Source: a virus
Virus record (IMG/VR): IMGVR_UViG_3300045988_098362
Direction: 5' to 3' (one strand)
Length of the DNA: 53,272 nucleotides
The position numbers and the translations under genes are program-made. The notes beneath the pieces are model-generated. The model did no database searches, was not told the DNA's origin, and saw only the letters and a list, made by a program, of their open reading frames with translations. How positions within the stretch are numbered: the stretch's first letter is position 1; each line of letters starts with the position of its first letter. Of the stretch, positions 1 through 7,816 are shown piece by piece.

Positions 1-55
1 ATTTCGTCACCCTGACCGCTATTGAGATCTCAAACAGCACGGACAAGGTAAACGC
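1..55. repeat. Terminal direct repeat (left copy), assembly overlap of a circular or circularly permuted genome
   Basis: Bases 1-55 (atttcgtcaccctgaccgct...aaacgc) are identical to 53218-53272. Confidence 0.95.
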
Positions 56-785
56 AACGGAGCGCACCAAGATGTATCAGACCATCATTTCCAAATACTC
101 CGCCAAAGAGCGGGACGGCATGGCCGAAATGCTGGCCGAGGTGGTCATGGGCATGGAACAGAACCCCGACCAAGATTTCCTCGGCTCCTTGTACATGATG
201 TGTGAGCTGGGCAATGACCACGCCGGGCAGTTCTTCACCCCCTACGATGTGTGCCGCTGCATGGCCGAGATCACGTTTGACCCGAAGCTGCACCCGGACA
301 TGGAGGGCTTTATCTCGGTATCTGACCCGGCCTGTGGAGCTGGCGCCACGCTGCTTGCCTTTTTGAACGTCTGCAAAAGACGGAATATCTGCTACCACAA
401 CAAAGTCCTTGTCATAGCCCAAGACATTGACTTTATCGTTGGGCTGATGTGCTACATCCAGTGCAGCTTCATGGGCTGCGCTGGATATGTAGTCATCGGT
501 GACACCATCACAGACCCGGCAACTGCTTACGATGACCGAGGGCTTCTCCCGGCCGGACCACAGAATCGCATCTGGTATATGCCGTTCTTCTCCACGGATA
601 TGTGGTATATGCGGCGGCAGATAGCCAAGATGAATCTGTTGATAAAGCCGAAAGAGCAGCTTCCTAAAATCGAAAAGCCGGAAACTAAGCCCGAAAATTT
701 GCAAAAATCTATCAAAAATGAGCCTAAAGCACCCGAAAAAGCGGCTCTTAACGAAACCCGCACCGGGCAGCTCACGTTTTTCTGA
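1..785 (+). CDS. N6-adenine DNA methyltransferase-like protein, 3' part of a junction-spanning gene (297 aa in total with 53109-53217)
   Basis: Same reading phase as the ORF starting at 53109 once the 55-bp overlap is removed. Motif X-like GQFFTP and motif I DPACGAG are present. I found no canonical (D/N)PP(Y/F) motif IV. Confidence 0.6.
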   Translation, partial: FVTLTAIEISNSTDKVNATERTKMYQTIISKYSAKERDGMAEMLAEVVMGMEQNPDQDFLGSLYMMCELGNDHAGQFFTPYDVCRCMAEITFDPKLHPDMEGFISVSDPACGAGATLLAFLNVCKRRNICYHNKVLVIAQDIDFIVGLMCYIQCSFMGCAGYVVIGDTITDPATAYDDRGLLPAGPQNRIWYMPFFSTDMWYMRRQIAKMNLLIKPKEQLPKIEKPETKPENLQKSIKNEPKAPEKAALNETRTGQLTFF

Positions 786-811
786 CCCGAATTCAGAAAG
801 GAGTAAACACC

Positions 812-2365
812 ATGGCAGACATTGCTTACATCCCCATCCGGCAGCTGCATCCGCACCCGGATAACCCGCGCAAAGAGCTGGGTGATTTGTCCGAGCTTGC
901 AGCCAGCATCAAGGAAAACGGCGTGTACCAGAACCTGACCGTCATTCCGGGACACTACCTCGGCAAGCAGGAGTACATTGCCCGGTGCATTGCCGATGGC
1001 GGCGATGTTTCGGCAGCAGAGGCGGCATGGACACCCAAGGCCGTGTGGTCCAGCGAGGACTACACCATCATCATCGGACACCGCCGAGCGGCGGCAGCGC
1101 AGCAGGCTGGCAAGTTTGAATTGCCCTGCTCTGTGGTCGATATGACCGAGAAAGAGCAGCTGCAAACCATGATGGTGGAGAATATGCAGCGGTCTGATCT
1201 CACCGTCTACGAGCAGGCGCAGGGCTTCCAGATGATGCTGGACATGGGCGATACTGTGGAGTGCGTCGCAGACCGCTCCGGCTTCTCTCAGTCCACCATC
1301 CGACGGCGCATCAAGTTGCTGGAACTGAACCACGACAACTTCAAAAAGGCAGAGCAGCGCGGCGCAACCCTTTCCGATTTTGTTGAACTTAACAAAATCG
1401 AGGATTTGGATGCCCGGAACCGGGTGCTTGAAACCCTCGGCACGGCTAATTTTAACCGTGAGATGCAGAACGCCTTGTCCGACCAGAAATACCAGCACAG
1501 AAAAGCTGAATGGATCGAGCAGCTTCGCCAATTTGCCGTGGAAAATCCTGATGCCAATTACAGCACTCACACGCACGTTGCCGGATACGGATATTGGAAC
1601 ACCAGCAAGGACGTTGAAGTGCCGGACGATGCCGACAGCGTAGCGTACTGCTACAAGGTCAGCCAAAATCAGATTGACCTCTACAAAGAGCGTGATTTAG
1701 AAAAGGAGAATGCGGAAACGGCAAAGCGAGAGGAAAAGCGGCAGCAGGAACAGTTCTACAAGGATCAGCTTGCAGCTCTCACGAACTATATGTTCGAACT
1801 GCGCCGGAACTTTGTGACGCAGCTTTCCACGGCAGAGTGCAAAAAACATCTGGGCGAAATCGTCCGCTTTGCTGTGGATGCGTTCGATTCAAATTACGAT
1901 GGCGAGTTGACAATCAAGCTGCTGGGCGTTGCTCCCCCGGAAACGGACGGCGTTGACCTGCTTGATTATCTGGAAAGCACTTCGGTGTTCAGCGACCAGC
2001 CGGAAAAGGCACTGCTCTCCTTGGCCTATTCGGCTGCTGACGATGGCAGCAACGGATACTGGGGCTGGGTCTGGAAACCCGACTACCAGAGTGGCGGGTA
2101 CGGCTGGGAGGAAAACGGCAGTCTCGACGCTATTTACACTCTGCTGGTAGCCTTGGGCTATGAAATGTCTGACGAAGAAAAGGCGTTGCAGAACGGAACC
2201 CATGCCATCTTTTCCACCAATGCCCCTAAAAAGGCAGATGCGCCCTGCGACCGTTGCAAAGCGGCACATCCGAACTGCGATAAGTGCTGCAAAGCCTGTG
2301 ATGAACCTTGCAATGCCGCTCAGGCTTGCAAGAAAGACGAAGAAAGGACGGAAAATAATGACTGA
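812..2365 (+). CDS. ParB/Srx-fold (ParB-like nuclease domain) protein with a Cys-rich C-terminus
   Basis: N-terminus IPIRQLHPHPDNPRK...IIIGHRRAAAAQQAG is typical of the ParB N-terminal domain, and STIRRRIKLLEL looks like an HTH. The C-terminus reads CDRCKAAHPNCDKCCKACDEPC. An SD (aaaggag) lies upstream of the ATG. Confidence 0.7.
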   Translation: MADIAYIPIRQLHPHPDNPRKELGDLSELAASIKENGVYQNLTVIPGHYLGKQEYIARCIADGGDVSAAEAAWTPKAVWSSEDYTIIIGHRRAAAAQQAGKFELPCSVVDMTEKEQLQTMMVENMQRSDLTVYEQAQGFQMMLDMGDTVECVADRSGFSQSTIRRRIKLLELNHDNFKKAEQRGATLSDFVELNKIEDLDARNRVLETLGTANFNREMQNALSDQKYQHRKAEWIEQLRQFAVENPDANYSTHTHVAGYGYWNTSKDVEVPDDADSVAYCYKVSQNQIDLYKERDLEKENAETAKREEKRQQEQFYKDQLAALTNYMFELRRNFVTQLSTAECKKHLGEIVRFAVDAFDSNYDGELTIKLLGVAPPETDGVDLLDYLESTSVFSDQPEKALLSLAYSAADDGSNGYWGWVWKPDYQSGGYGWEENGSLDAIYTLLVALGYEMSDEEKALQNGTHAIFSTNAPKKADAPCDRCKAAHPNCDKCCKACDEPCNAAQACKKDEERTENND

Positions 2366-2918
2366 GAAAACTATGGGTGCTATCCCTGTTTCTGCACTGG
2401 AGCGTTTGGAGCAGAGCGCAGTGAAGCTGAGCCTGATTACTTTTTGCCTGCGCCATGAAGAACTCAAGGCCGCCCCGGATGCGGCAGAAATCCACAGCAT
2501 CAAGTCTGACCTGAGCCGGGCATTGCAGGAAGTCAGCGCCAATGCTACCGCCTGCGCGCTGAGCGGCGGCATCCCGGAAAAGGCAAAGGCAAGCCCCCCT
2601 GCGGGGGCAGAGCCTAAGCGTGTCCAGCGGAAAGAAATCCACAAGGGCACGGCCTACGGTGTCCTGCGCCTGCGTTGCCCGAAATGCGGCGACGTATTTG
2701 GCCGCTTCCTGCGGGAACCCAGCGCCAGCGTGACCTGCCGCTGCGGCGGGGAAGTTCAGCTGGACAACCTGACACGGTATGAGTTCACCTGCCCCTGCTG
2801 TGACTTTGAAGCCCACGGCCGCACCAATCTGGAAGACCCCGAAATCACGGTGCCCTGCAAGTGCGGCAACCCGGTCACGATGAAGTGGGACCGCAACAAG
2901 CGTATGTACCATGAATGA
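2358..2918 (+). CDS. Zinc-ribbon protein, function unknown
   Basis: The ATG overlaps the upstream stop (ATGACTGA). Several Cys pairs are present: CPKCG...CRCGG...CPCC...CKCG. Confidence 0.5.
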   Translation: MTEKTMGAIPVSALERLEQSAVKLSLITFCLRHEELKAAPDAAEIHSIKSDLSRALQEVSANATACALSGGIPEKAKASPPAGAEPKRVQRKEIHKGTAYGVLRLRCPKCGDVFGRFLREPSASVTCRCGGEVQLDNLTRYEFTCPCCDFEAHGRTNLEDPEITVPCKCGNPVTMKWDRNKRMYHE

Positions 2919-2977
2919 GGGCGGAAGCAATGACACTTGTGGGTGCCGCTGCTGGAGCCGCCGGAGGAAGAAAAGCA

Positions 2978-3223
2978 ATGAAAGAAAAAACCATCACAGT
3001 TTCGCATGAAGTGTCACCGGAATATGGAAAATGCAGTTTCGGTGGGGACTTTTGGGGAGAAGAAGTGTGCAAGTACCATGCAATTCGTACCCAGACACAC
3101 GGAAATAAGGCACCGCCGGAATATAGAAAACCTAAGTGCCTGTTATTCAACTGCTGGCTTGATGAACCGTACAAAAAGTGCGAGATGTGCCGCAAGGCGT
3201 GCGCGGAGGTGGACAGGAAGTGA
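2978..3223 (+). CDS. Cys-rich small protein, function unknown (alternative start at 2915)
   Basis: A GGAGGA SD lies 9 nt upstream of ATG 2978. The product is rich in Cys and His (CKYH...CLLFNC...CEMCRKAC). Confidence 0.45.
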   Translation: MKEKTITVSHEVSPEYGKCSFGGDFWGEEVCKYHAIRTQTHGNKAPPEYRKPKCLLFNCWLDEPYKKCEMCRKACAEVDRK

Positions 3224-3486
3224 AAGAAGCAATCCGTGCTCGATGCCCTTTGTGCGGCGGGGAAATTATAGTTTCCGAGTATTATCAGACATCACGAGAT
3301 TACAAAGTTCTGATGAACGGGAAACTGTCCAAACGGTACATCGTCACCGATGCCGGTCCCATAAATTCGATGACAGCATCATGCGGCAGTTTTTGCGGCG
3401 CATACTGGGAGCATGAGGAGTTTGACATTTCCGAGGACGGAATGTTTTACGATAAAAAATATTTGGAAGAAGAGGTGAGCACATGA
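3220..3486 (+). CDS. Zinc-ribbon-like small protein, function unknown
   Basis: GTG 3220 overlaps the upstream stop (GTGA) and has a GGAGGTGG SD 6 nt upstream. Contains CPLCGG...CGSFCG. Confidence 0.45.
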   Translation: MKEAIRARCPLCGGEIIVSEYYQTSRDYKVLMNGKLSKRYIVTDAGPINSMTASCGSFCGAYWEHEEFDISEDGMFYDKKYLEEEVST

Positions 3487-4016
3487 AAGCAGTCCTTATC
3501 AGCATCAAGCCCAAGTGGTGTGACCTGATCCGGCGGGGGCGCAAGACGGTTGAGGTCCGCAAGACCTGCCCGAAGCTGGAAGTGCCGTTCAAGGTTTATA
3601 TCTATGAGACCATGGATGGCGGTCGTGGGAGCGGCCTTGTTTTCGGTGAGTTCACCTGCACCGGCTTTGATGTGTTCAGGCCGATCGGTAAGGGCATCAG
3701 CATCAAGCGCTTCCCGGCGCTGTATGAAAGCTGCCTGACCCTTGATGAAATCGTAAAGTATGCGCAGGGTGAGCCGGTATACGGCTGGCAGATCTCTCAG
3801 CTGAAGCTCTACGAGGAACCGCTCAAGCTGGAGGACTTCTCTCGGCACGGCTTCTGTGGCATGAACGGGACTGGTGTTTGCGGCAATGCAGACTGCGAGA
3901 ACTATCAACCGTCCGGCAACTACATGGATCCGCCTACCTGTGCAATCGATGGCTGCATCCTGTATGAAGCGCCGCAGAGTTGGTGCTATGTGGAAGAAAG
4001 GGGATGCTCAGAATGA
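3483..4016 (+). CDS. ASCH-domain protein
   Basis: The N-terminus MKAVLISIKPKWCDLIRRGRKTVEVRK matches the ASCH beta-barrel signature. The start overlaps the upstream stop. Confidence 0.6.
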   Translation: MKAVLISIKPKWCDLIRRGRKTVEVRKTCPKLEVPFKVYIYETMDGGRGSGLVFGEFTCTGFDVFRPIGKGISIKRFPALYESCLTLDEIVKYAQGEPVYGWQISQLKLYEEPLKLEDFSRHGFCGMNGTGVCGNADCENYQPSGNYMDPPTCAIDGCILYEAPQSWCYVEERGCSE

Positions 4017-4138
4017 TGTGGATTAAGATGGCCGAAGCCGTAAAGTGGATCGCCGTGAGCATCGCAGTATCTGTTGCTATCTATGTGACAGGGAATTGGA
4101 AGTTGCTTTGGTTCTTCCTTATTCCCATGTTGTCTTGA
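4013..4138 (+). CDS. Possible 41-aa membrane peptide
   Basis: The ATG overlaps the upstream stop (ATGA). The product MMWIKMAEAVKWIAVSIAVSVAIYVTGNWKLLWFFLIPMLS is hydrophobic. It is shorter than the ORF-track cutoff. Confidence 0.3.
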   Translation: MMWIKMAEAVKWIAVSIAVSVAIYVTGNWKLLWFFLIPMLS

Positions 4139-4155
4139 GGGAGGGGGAATGCCTG

Positions 4156-4386
4156 ATGTCAAGTTTTCAAAAAGATGTCCAGCTCCTCACTGATTTGCAG
4201 GAGCTGATCTCCGATGCAGAGCGCACCGCCAATATGCCGGGGTATGCGGGGGCTGTGTTCAATGCAATCTCCCCGGCGCTGAAAGCGGCCATGCCGGCGG
4301 CACAGAAGAAAGCCCGGCGGCAGATCGATGTGCTGACCCGCGCCAAAGAACGGCTGATGGAGCTGATGGAGGAACCGCAGAAATGA
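4156..4386 (+). CDS. Hypothetical protein (76 aa)
   Basis: ATG 4156 follows a gagggaggggg SD. It fills the gap in a co-directional gene string. Confidence 0.45.
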   Translation: MSSFQKDVQLLTDLQELISDAERTANMPGYAGAVFNAISPALKAAMPAAQKKARRQIDVLTRAKERLMELMEEPQK

Positions 4387-4577
4387 CCAACGGTGACTTT
4401 ATCCGTTCGATGTCGGATGCAGACATCCGGGAAAATTTCACCCAGCTGCTCTGTGAATTCGTCCAGCGGAAGCAGACGAGCCGTTGCCGGAGCAGGGAAC
4501 ATTGCTTCCACTGCATCAAGGACTGGCTGAAAGAAGAAAGCGTGGCGCTTAGGAGGGCCGATGATGACACTGAATGA
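4383..4577 (+). CDS. Hypothetical protein (64 aa)
   Basis: The ATGA overlaps the upstream stop. It lies in the co-directional string. Confidence 0.4.
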   Translation: MTNGDFIRSMSDADIRENFTQLLCEFVQRKQTSRCRSREHCFHCIKDWLKEESVALRRADDDTE

Positions 4578-4785
4578 GATTCGCAAGCTCCGGGGGATGA
4601 CCCTCAGCGAGTTTAGCCGGAAGTCAGGGCTGTCCCCGCATACTGCACGGAACCTGATGGGCTACAGGGAACTCTACGGAAATCCTCGGATGGACACGAT
4701 GGTGGATGCGGCGCGGGCGCTGAATGCGGTCGTGACGATCACCCCCAAGGGCGTGACGATCCGCGCCAGAAAGGAAAGCGCATGA
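4561..4785 (+). CDS. Small HTH (XRE-like) DNA-binding protein
   Basis: MTLSEFSRKSGLSPHTARNLMG resembles a helix-turn-helix. Confidence 0.5.
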   Translation: MMTLNEIRKLRGMTLSEFSRKSGLSPHTARNLMGYRELYGNPRMDTMVDAARALNAVVTITPKGVTIRARKESA

Positions 4786-5018
4786 CTCCTATTCCATTCC
4801 GTGAGCAGAACATCACCTATAACCCGCCGGAGGGCATGGAAGACAAGTGCGAAGCGCTTCCAGCTTTCCGGGGAGAGGGACAGGTGATCTCCTGCTGGCA
4901 TCTTACATTATGGGAGCGTATCAAGCTCCTGCTGACCGGGCGGCTGTGGTTCTCGGTGATCGGCAATGGACAGCCGCCTATCTGGCTGGGCGTGGATTGC
5001 CCGTTCATCCGTAAATAA
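4782..5018 (+). CDS. Hypothetical protein (78 aa)
   Basis: ATGA overlap with the upstream gene. I recognised no family. Confidence 0.4.
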   Translation: MTPIPFREQNITYNPPEGMEDKCEALPAFRGEGQVISCWHLTLWERIKLLLTGRLWFSVIGNGQPPIWLGVDCPFIRK

Positions 5019-5118
5019 TCCGACTGCAAGACCTGTATTTTTGCCGTAAAATGTGCTAAAATAATTGGGTAGCACCTCTACAAATTGGAGGCCGCGCACA
5101 TATTACTGGAGGTCAGGT

Positions 5119-5517
5119 ATGACGGTGCAAGAGCTGTCCAGATACTTAACGCTTCGCAAGCAGATTGATGAGGACAAAGAAATCTACGAGAACATGTGCC
5201 AGAAGATGGGGCCAGCATCCCCGTCACTGTCAGGAATGCCCCATACTCCCGGTGTTCGTGACAAGGTTGGTGATCTGGCCGCAGACCTGGCAGATTTGGA
5301 TGCCGGCATCAAAGAGCTTGAAGCCGAAGCCGAGAGGGTGCTTCCAGCAATAGAAGAATTCTGCGTGTCGATTTCAGACCCGCGGATGCGCCTGATTTTC
5401 AGGCTCCGTTTCGTGCGGTGCCGCTCATGGGCAGAGATCGCAGGAACACTCGGACGGTACTATACCGAAGCCGGAGTGTGCAAGATGGCATATAATTACC
5501 TCAAAAAGATAGCCTGA
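5119..5517 (+). CDS. Sigma-70 region-4-like late transcription regulator (RinA/ArpU/DUF1492-like)
   Basis: A GGAGGT SD lies 5 nt upstream of ATG 5119. The C-terminus RLIFRLRFVRCRSWAEIAGTLGRYYTEAGVCKMAYNYLKK resembles a region-4 HTH. It sits just upstream of the packaging and late genes. Confidence 0.5.
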   Translation: MTVQELSRYLTLRKQIDEDKEIYENMCQKMGPASPSLSGMPHTPGVRDKVGDLAADLADLDAGIKELEAEAERVLPAIEEFCVSISDPRMRLIFRLRFVRCRSWAEIAGTLGRYYTEAGVCKMAYNYLKKIA

Positions 5518-5531
5518 ACCAAATTCAAAAG

Positions 5532-5577
5532 GCCGCTGCTTCAGTGTGAAAATGCTGATTCAGCGGCTTTTTCTTTT
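5532..5577 (+). terminator. Rho-independent terminator after the regulator gene
   Basis: Stem gccgctg...cagcggc (plus an inner tcag pairing) followed by tttttctttt. Confidence 0.6.
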
Positions 5578-5613
5578 GCTTGCCTGCCACGGGTGGAAAG
5601 CGTAGTTTGTCAG

Positions 5614-5687
5614 ATGACTTCCAATGGTTTCTGATGGGTTCCAATGACTTCCAATCGGTACGAATGCTTTCCAATGCTTTCTGATGA
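5614..5687. repeat. Helically phased TTCCAAT repeat cluster (possible late-promoter or regulator binding array)
   Basis: TTCCAAT occurs at 5619, 5639, 5649 and 5669 (spacings 20, 10 and 20 bp). ATGACTTCCAAT occurs at 5614 and 5644. TTTCTGATG occurs at 5628 and 5678. Confidence 0.6.
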
Positions 5688-5891
5688 CGCAAGGCGCAAG
5701 GCATGGTATTATTATGCTACAAAATCCTAAACAAAGCCGGGCGGTGCAGATCATCTGATGTGCGCCGCCATTTTTATGGGAAGGAGGATTTTTCGCCCCG
5801 CGTTGCTCCTTTGCGCGGGAAATCGTGCTTCCAGTCATCCCCGGTTCGCCGCCGGAGCTGTCTGAAAGCAGGTCATCATAAGGAGCAATTC

Positions 5892-6593
5892 ATGGAAATC
5901 AGAAAAGTACCTATCAGCCTGCTCAATGCAGCACCCTACAATCCGAGAAAGGATTTGCAGCCCGGAGACCCGGAATATCAGAAGATTGCCCGGTCAATCG
6001 AAAAGTACGGCTGTGTTGAGCCTATCATCTGGAACGAGAAGACCGGCAACGTGATTGGTGGTCACCAGCGCTTGAAAGTGCTGGCGGCGACTGGCGCGGT
6101 GGAAGTGGATGTCAGTGTGGTGCAGCTGTCCCTTGAGGACGAAAAGGCCCTGAATTTGGCGCTGAATAAAATCAGCGGCCAGTGGGACAATGAAAAGCTG
6201 TCTGCCGTCCTGCAGGATCTTTCTGCAGGCTTCGATGTTGAGGTGACAGGCTTCGACCAGCATGAGGTTGACGCACTGGTTGCATCCTTTGCGGAGAGCG
6301 GCCACGAGTACGAGCTTCCCGGCTCTGAACCCTATATCAATAATTTCTTTGATTCCGGGGTTCAGGCAAAGCCCAAGGCCGAGGAACCCGCTGCCGTTCC
6401 TGCACCGGAAGCCCCGGCACAGGATGCAGAGATGCACCCCAGCGCTGCACCCGCACCCAATGAGGTGCAGGCAGTCCAGCCCAGCGGGAAAAAGACCGTC
6501 ATTGTGCCTAATCTGTCTGAACAGGATGCAACCACCCTCGTGGACGTTCTCAAGGACATGGGCTTTGCGTACCGTCTGGAGGATGCGGCATGA
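5892..6593 (+). CDS. ParB/Srx-fold protein, candidate DpdB-like partner of the DNA transglycosylase
   Basis: An AAGGAG SD lies upstream of ATG 5892. ISLLNAAPYNPRK...VIGGHQRLKVLAA...LNLALNKISGQWD is the ParB N-terminal domain pattern. A Pro/Ala-rich linker and a small C-terminal domain follow. The end overlaps the next gene. Confidence 0.6.
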   Translation: MEIRKVPISLLNAAPYNPRKDLQPGDPEYQKIARSIEKYGCVEPIIWNEKTGNVIGGHQRLKVLAATGAVEVDVSVVQLSLEDEKALNLALNKISGQWDNEKLSAVLQDLSAGFDVEVTGFDQHEVDALVASFAESGHEYELPGSEPYINNFFDSGVQAKPKAEEPAAVPAPEAPAQDAEMHPSAAPAPNEVQAVQPSGKKTVIVPNLSEQDATTLVDVLKDMGFAYRLEDAA

Positions 6594-6928
6594 CACAGTA
6601 TGTGATATGCGCACTTCAGATGGAGGGCTTTCACTGCTGGCCGGAGGCTGATGGAGAACTCGCATATCTCAAAAACTCACACCGTCATATCTTTTTTATT
6701 ACGGCAGAGTTTCCAGTTCACAATGCAAACCGTGAAATAGAAATCATCAGCCAACAGAATGCAATCAAGCGCTATCTTCTCTCCAAGTATGGGGATGAGG
6801 ATGGCGCTTGTCATTTTGGGCGGCGCTCCTGTGAGGACATCGCCGCTGAAATTCTGAACCAGTTTGAAAACTCCACATCCTGCACCGTCCTTGAAGATGG
6901 GTTTGGGGGTGCGCGAGTTGTTCGATAA
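6590..6928 (+). CDS. QueD/6-pyruvoyl-tetrahydropterin-synthase-fold protein (divergent)
   Basis: At 112 aa it is QueD-sized. EGFHCW...NSHRHIFFI...SCEDIAAEI...CTVLEDG lines up by eye with QueD AAHRL...LHGHSF...TSEVLA...VKET. I see no Cys at the catalytic position. Confidence 0.45.
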   Translation: MTQYVICALQMEGFHCWPEADGELAYLKNSHRHIFFITAEFPVHNANREIEIISQQNAIKRYLLSKYGDEDGACHFGRRSCEDIAAEILNQFENSTSCTVLEDGFGGARVVR

Positions 6929-7808
6929 CAACATCAAAGTGCATTTTGCCGGGAGCGACGGCGGAGAGATATTCTACGCCGCCCTGCTGGCAGCACAAAC
7001 CAAATACCGGCTGTTTTCCTGTTACAAGTACATTCTCAAGAGCCGCCCGGATGATGATTTCCGGCTCCCGGCGGACCATGTGATCCGTGTGCAGGATACA
7101 GTAAACCGTCATGTGATACAGGATAGCGGCCTGTTCACGTTGATGTTCGGTGCCGGGAAAGGACAGGCGCAGACGTTGGAAAGCCTGACCGAGTGGCAGG
7201 ACAAGCTCATAGCATTCGTGCAGCAGAACAATCTCCGCTGTACCTGCGTCGAGCTGGACTGTCAGAAAGTGCTGGGCGTGAGGGAAGCGTGGTACTTTCG
7301 GGAGCGGATGAAGAAACTGCTGGATAACCCCCAAATCAACGTATTCCATTTTGAGGATGGGATGCGGGGGCTGGACAGCCTGATAGATTTCAGCGACTAC
7401 ATAGCCCTGAGCATCCCAGAACTGCGCATCATCAAGCCGAAGACATTCCGGGAGGACACCCGCTATCTGACCCACTACATCAAAAACCGCAAACCTGAGA
7501 TCGACATCCACCTTTTGGGATGCACCGATGTGAAGATGATCGCGCAGAACAGCTTCTGCACCTCAGCAGATAGCACCAGCTGGCTGTCCGGGGTCAAATA
7601 CGGCTGGTTCGATGATGGCAACCAAAAGGCGCACATCAACCAGTTCCGAAAAGACCTCATAGAACAGCGGCTATCCGCGGTGAGGACCGTCACAGAGGGG
7701 AGGGGGCTGGATCTGACAGACAAAACGCTTCTCTATGGAGCGAGAGCCAGCCTGTGCGCCACCATCTGCAAACAGAAATATACACGAGCCGCAGGCTCAC
7801 AAGAATAG
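6897..7808 (+). CDS. dpdA: DpdA-like DNA (7-deazaguanine) transglycosylase, TGT superfamily
   Basis: VIQDSGLFTLMFG resembles the TGT DSGGFQ catalytic motif, and DIHLLGCTD resembles the TGT xHxxG motif. Neighbours are the QueD-fold and YhhQ genes. The start is uncertain (TTG 6864, ATG 6897 or GTG 6909). Confidence 0.6.
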   Translation: MGLGVRELFDNNIKVHFAGSDGGEIFYAALLAAQTKYRLFSCYKYILKSRPDDDFRLPADHVIRVQDTVNRHVIQDSGLFTLMFGAGKGQAQTLESLTEWQDKLIAFVQQNNLRCTCVELDCQKVLGVREAWYFRERMKKLLDNPQINVFHFEDGMRGLDSLIDFSDYIALSIPELRIIKPKTFREDTRYLTHYIKNRKPEIDIHLLGCTDVKMIAQNSFCTSADSTSWLSGVKYGWFDDGNQKAHINQFRKDLIEQRLSAVRTVTEGRGLDLTDKTLLYGARASLCATICKQKYTRAAGSQE

Positions 7809-7816
7809 GAGCAAAA

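Noticed and set aside
5703-5891. An upstream extension of the ParB/DpdB-like ORF (MVLLCYKILNKAGRCRSS...).
   Set aside because: It has an implausible composition and no SD. ATG 5892 has an AAGGAG SD and begins the ParB-domain sequence.
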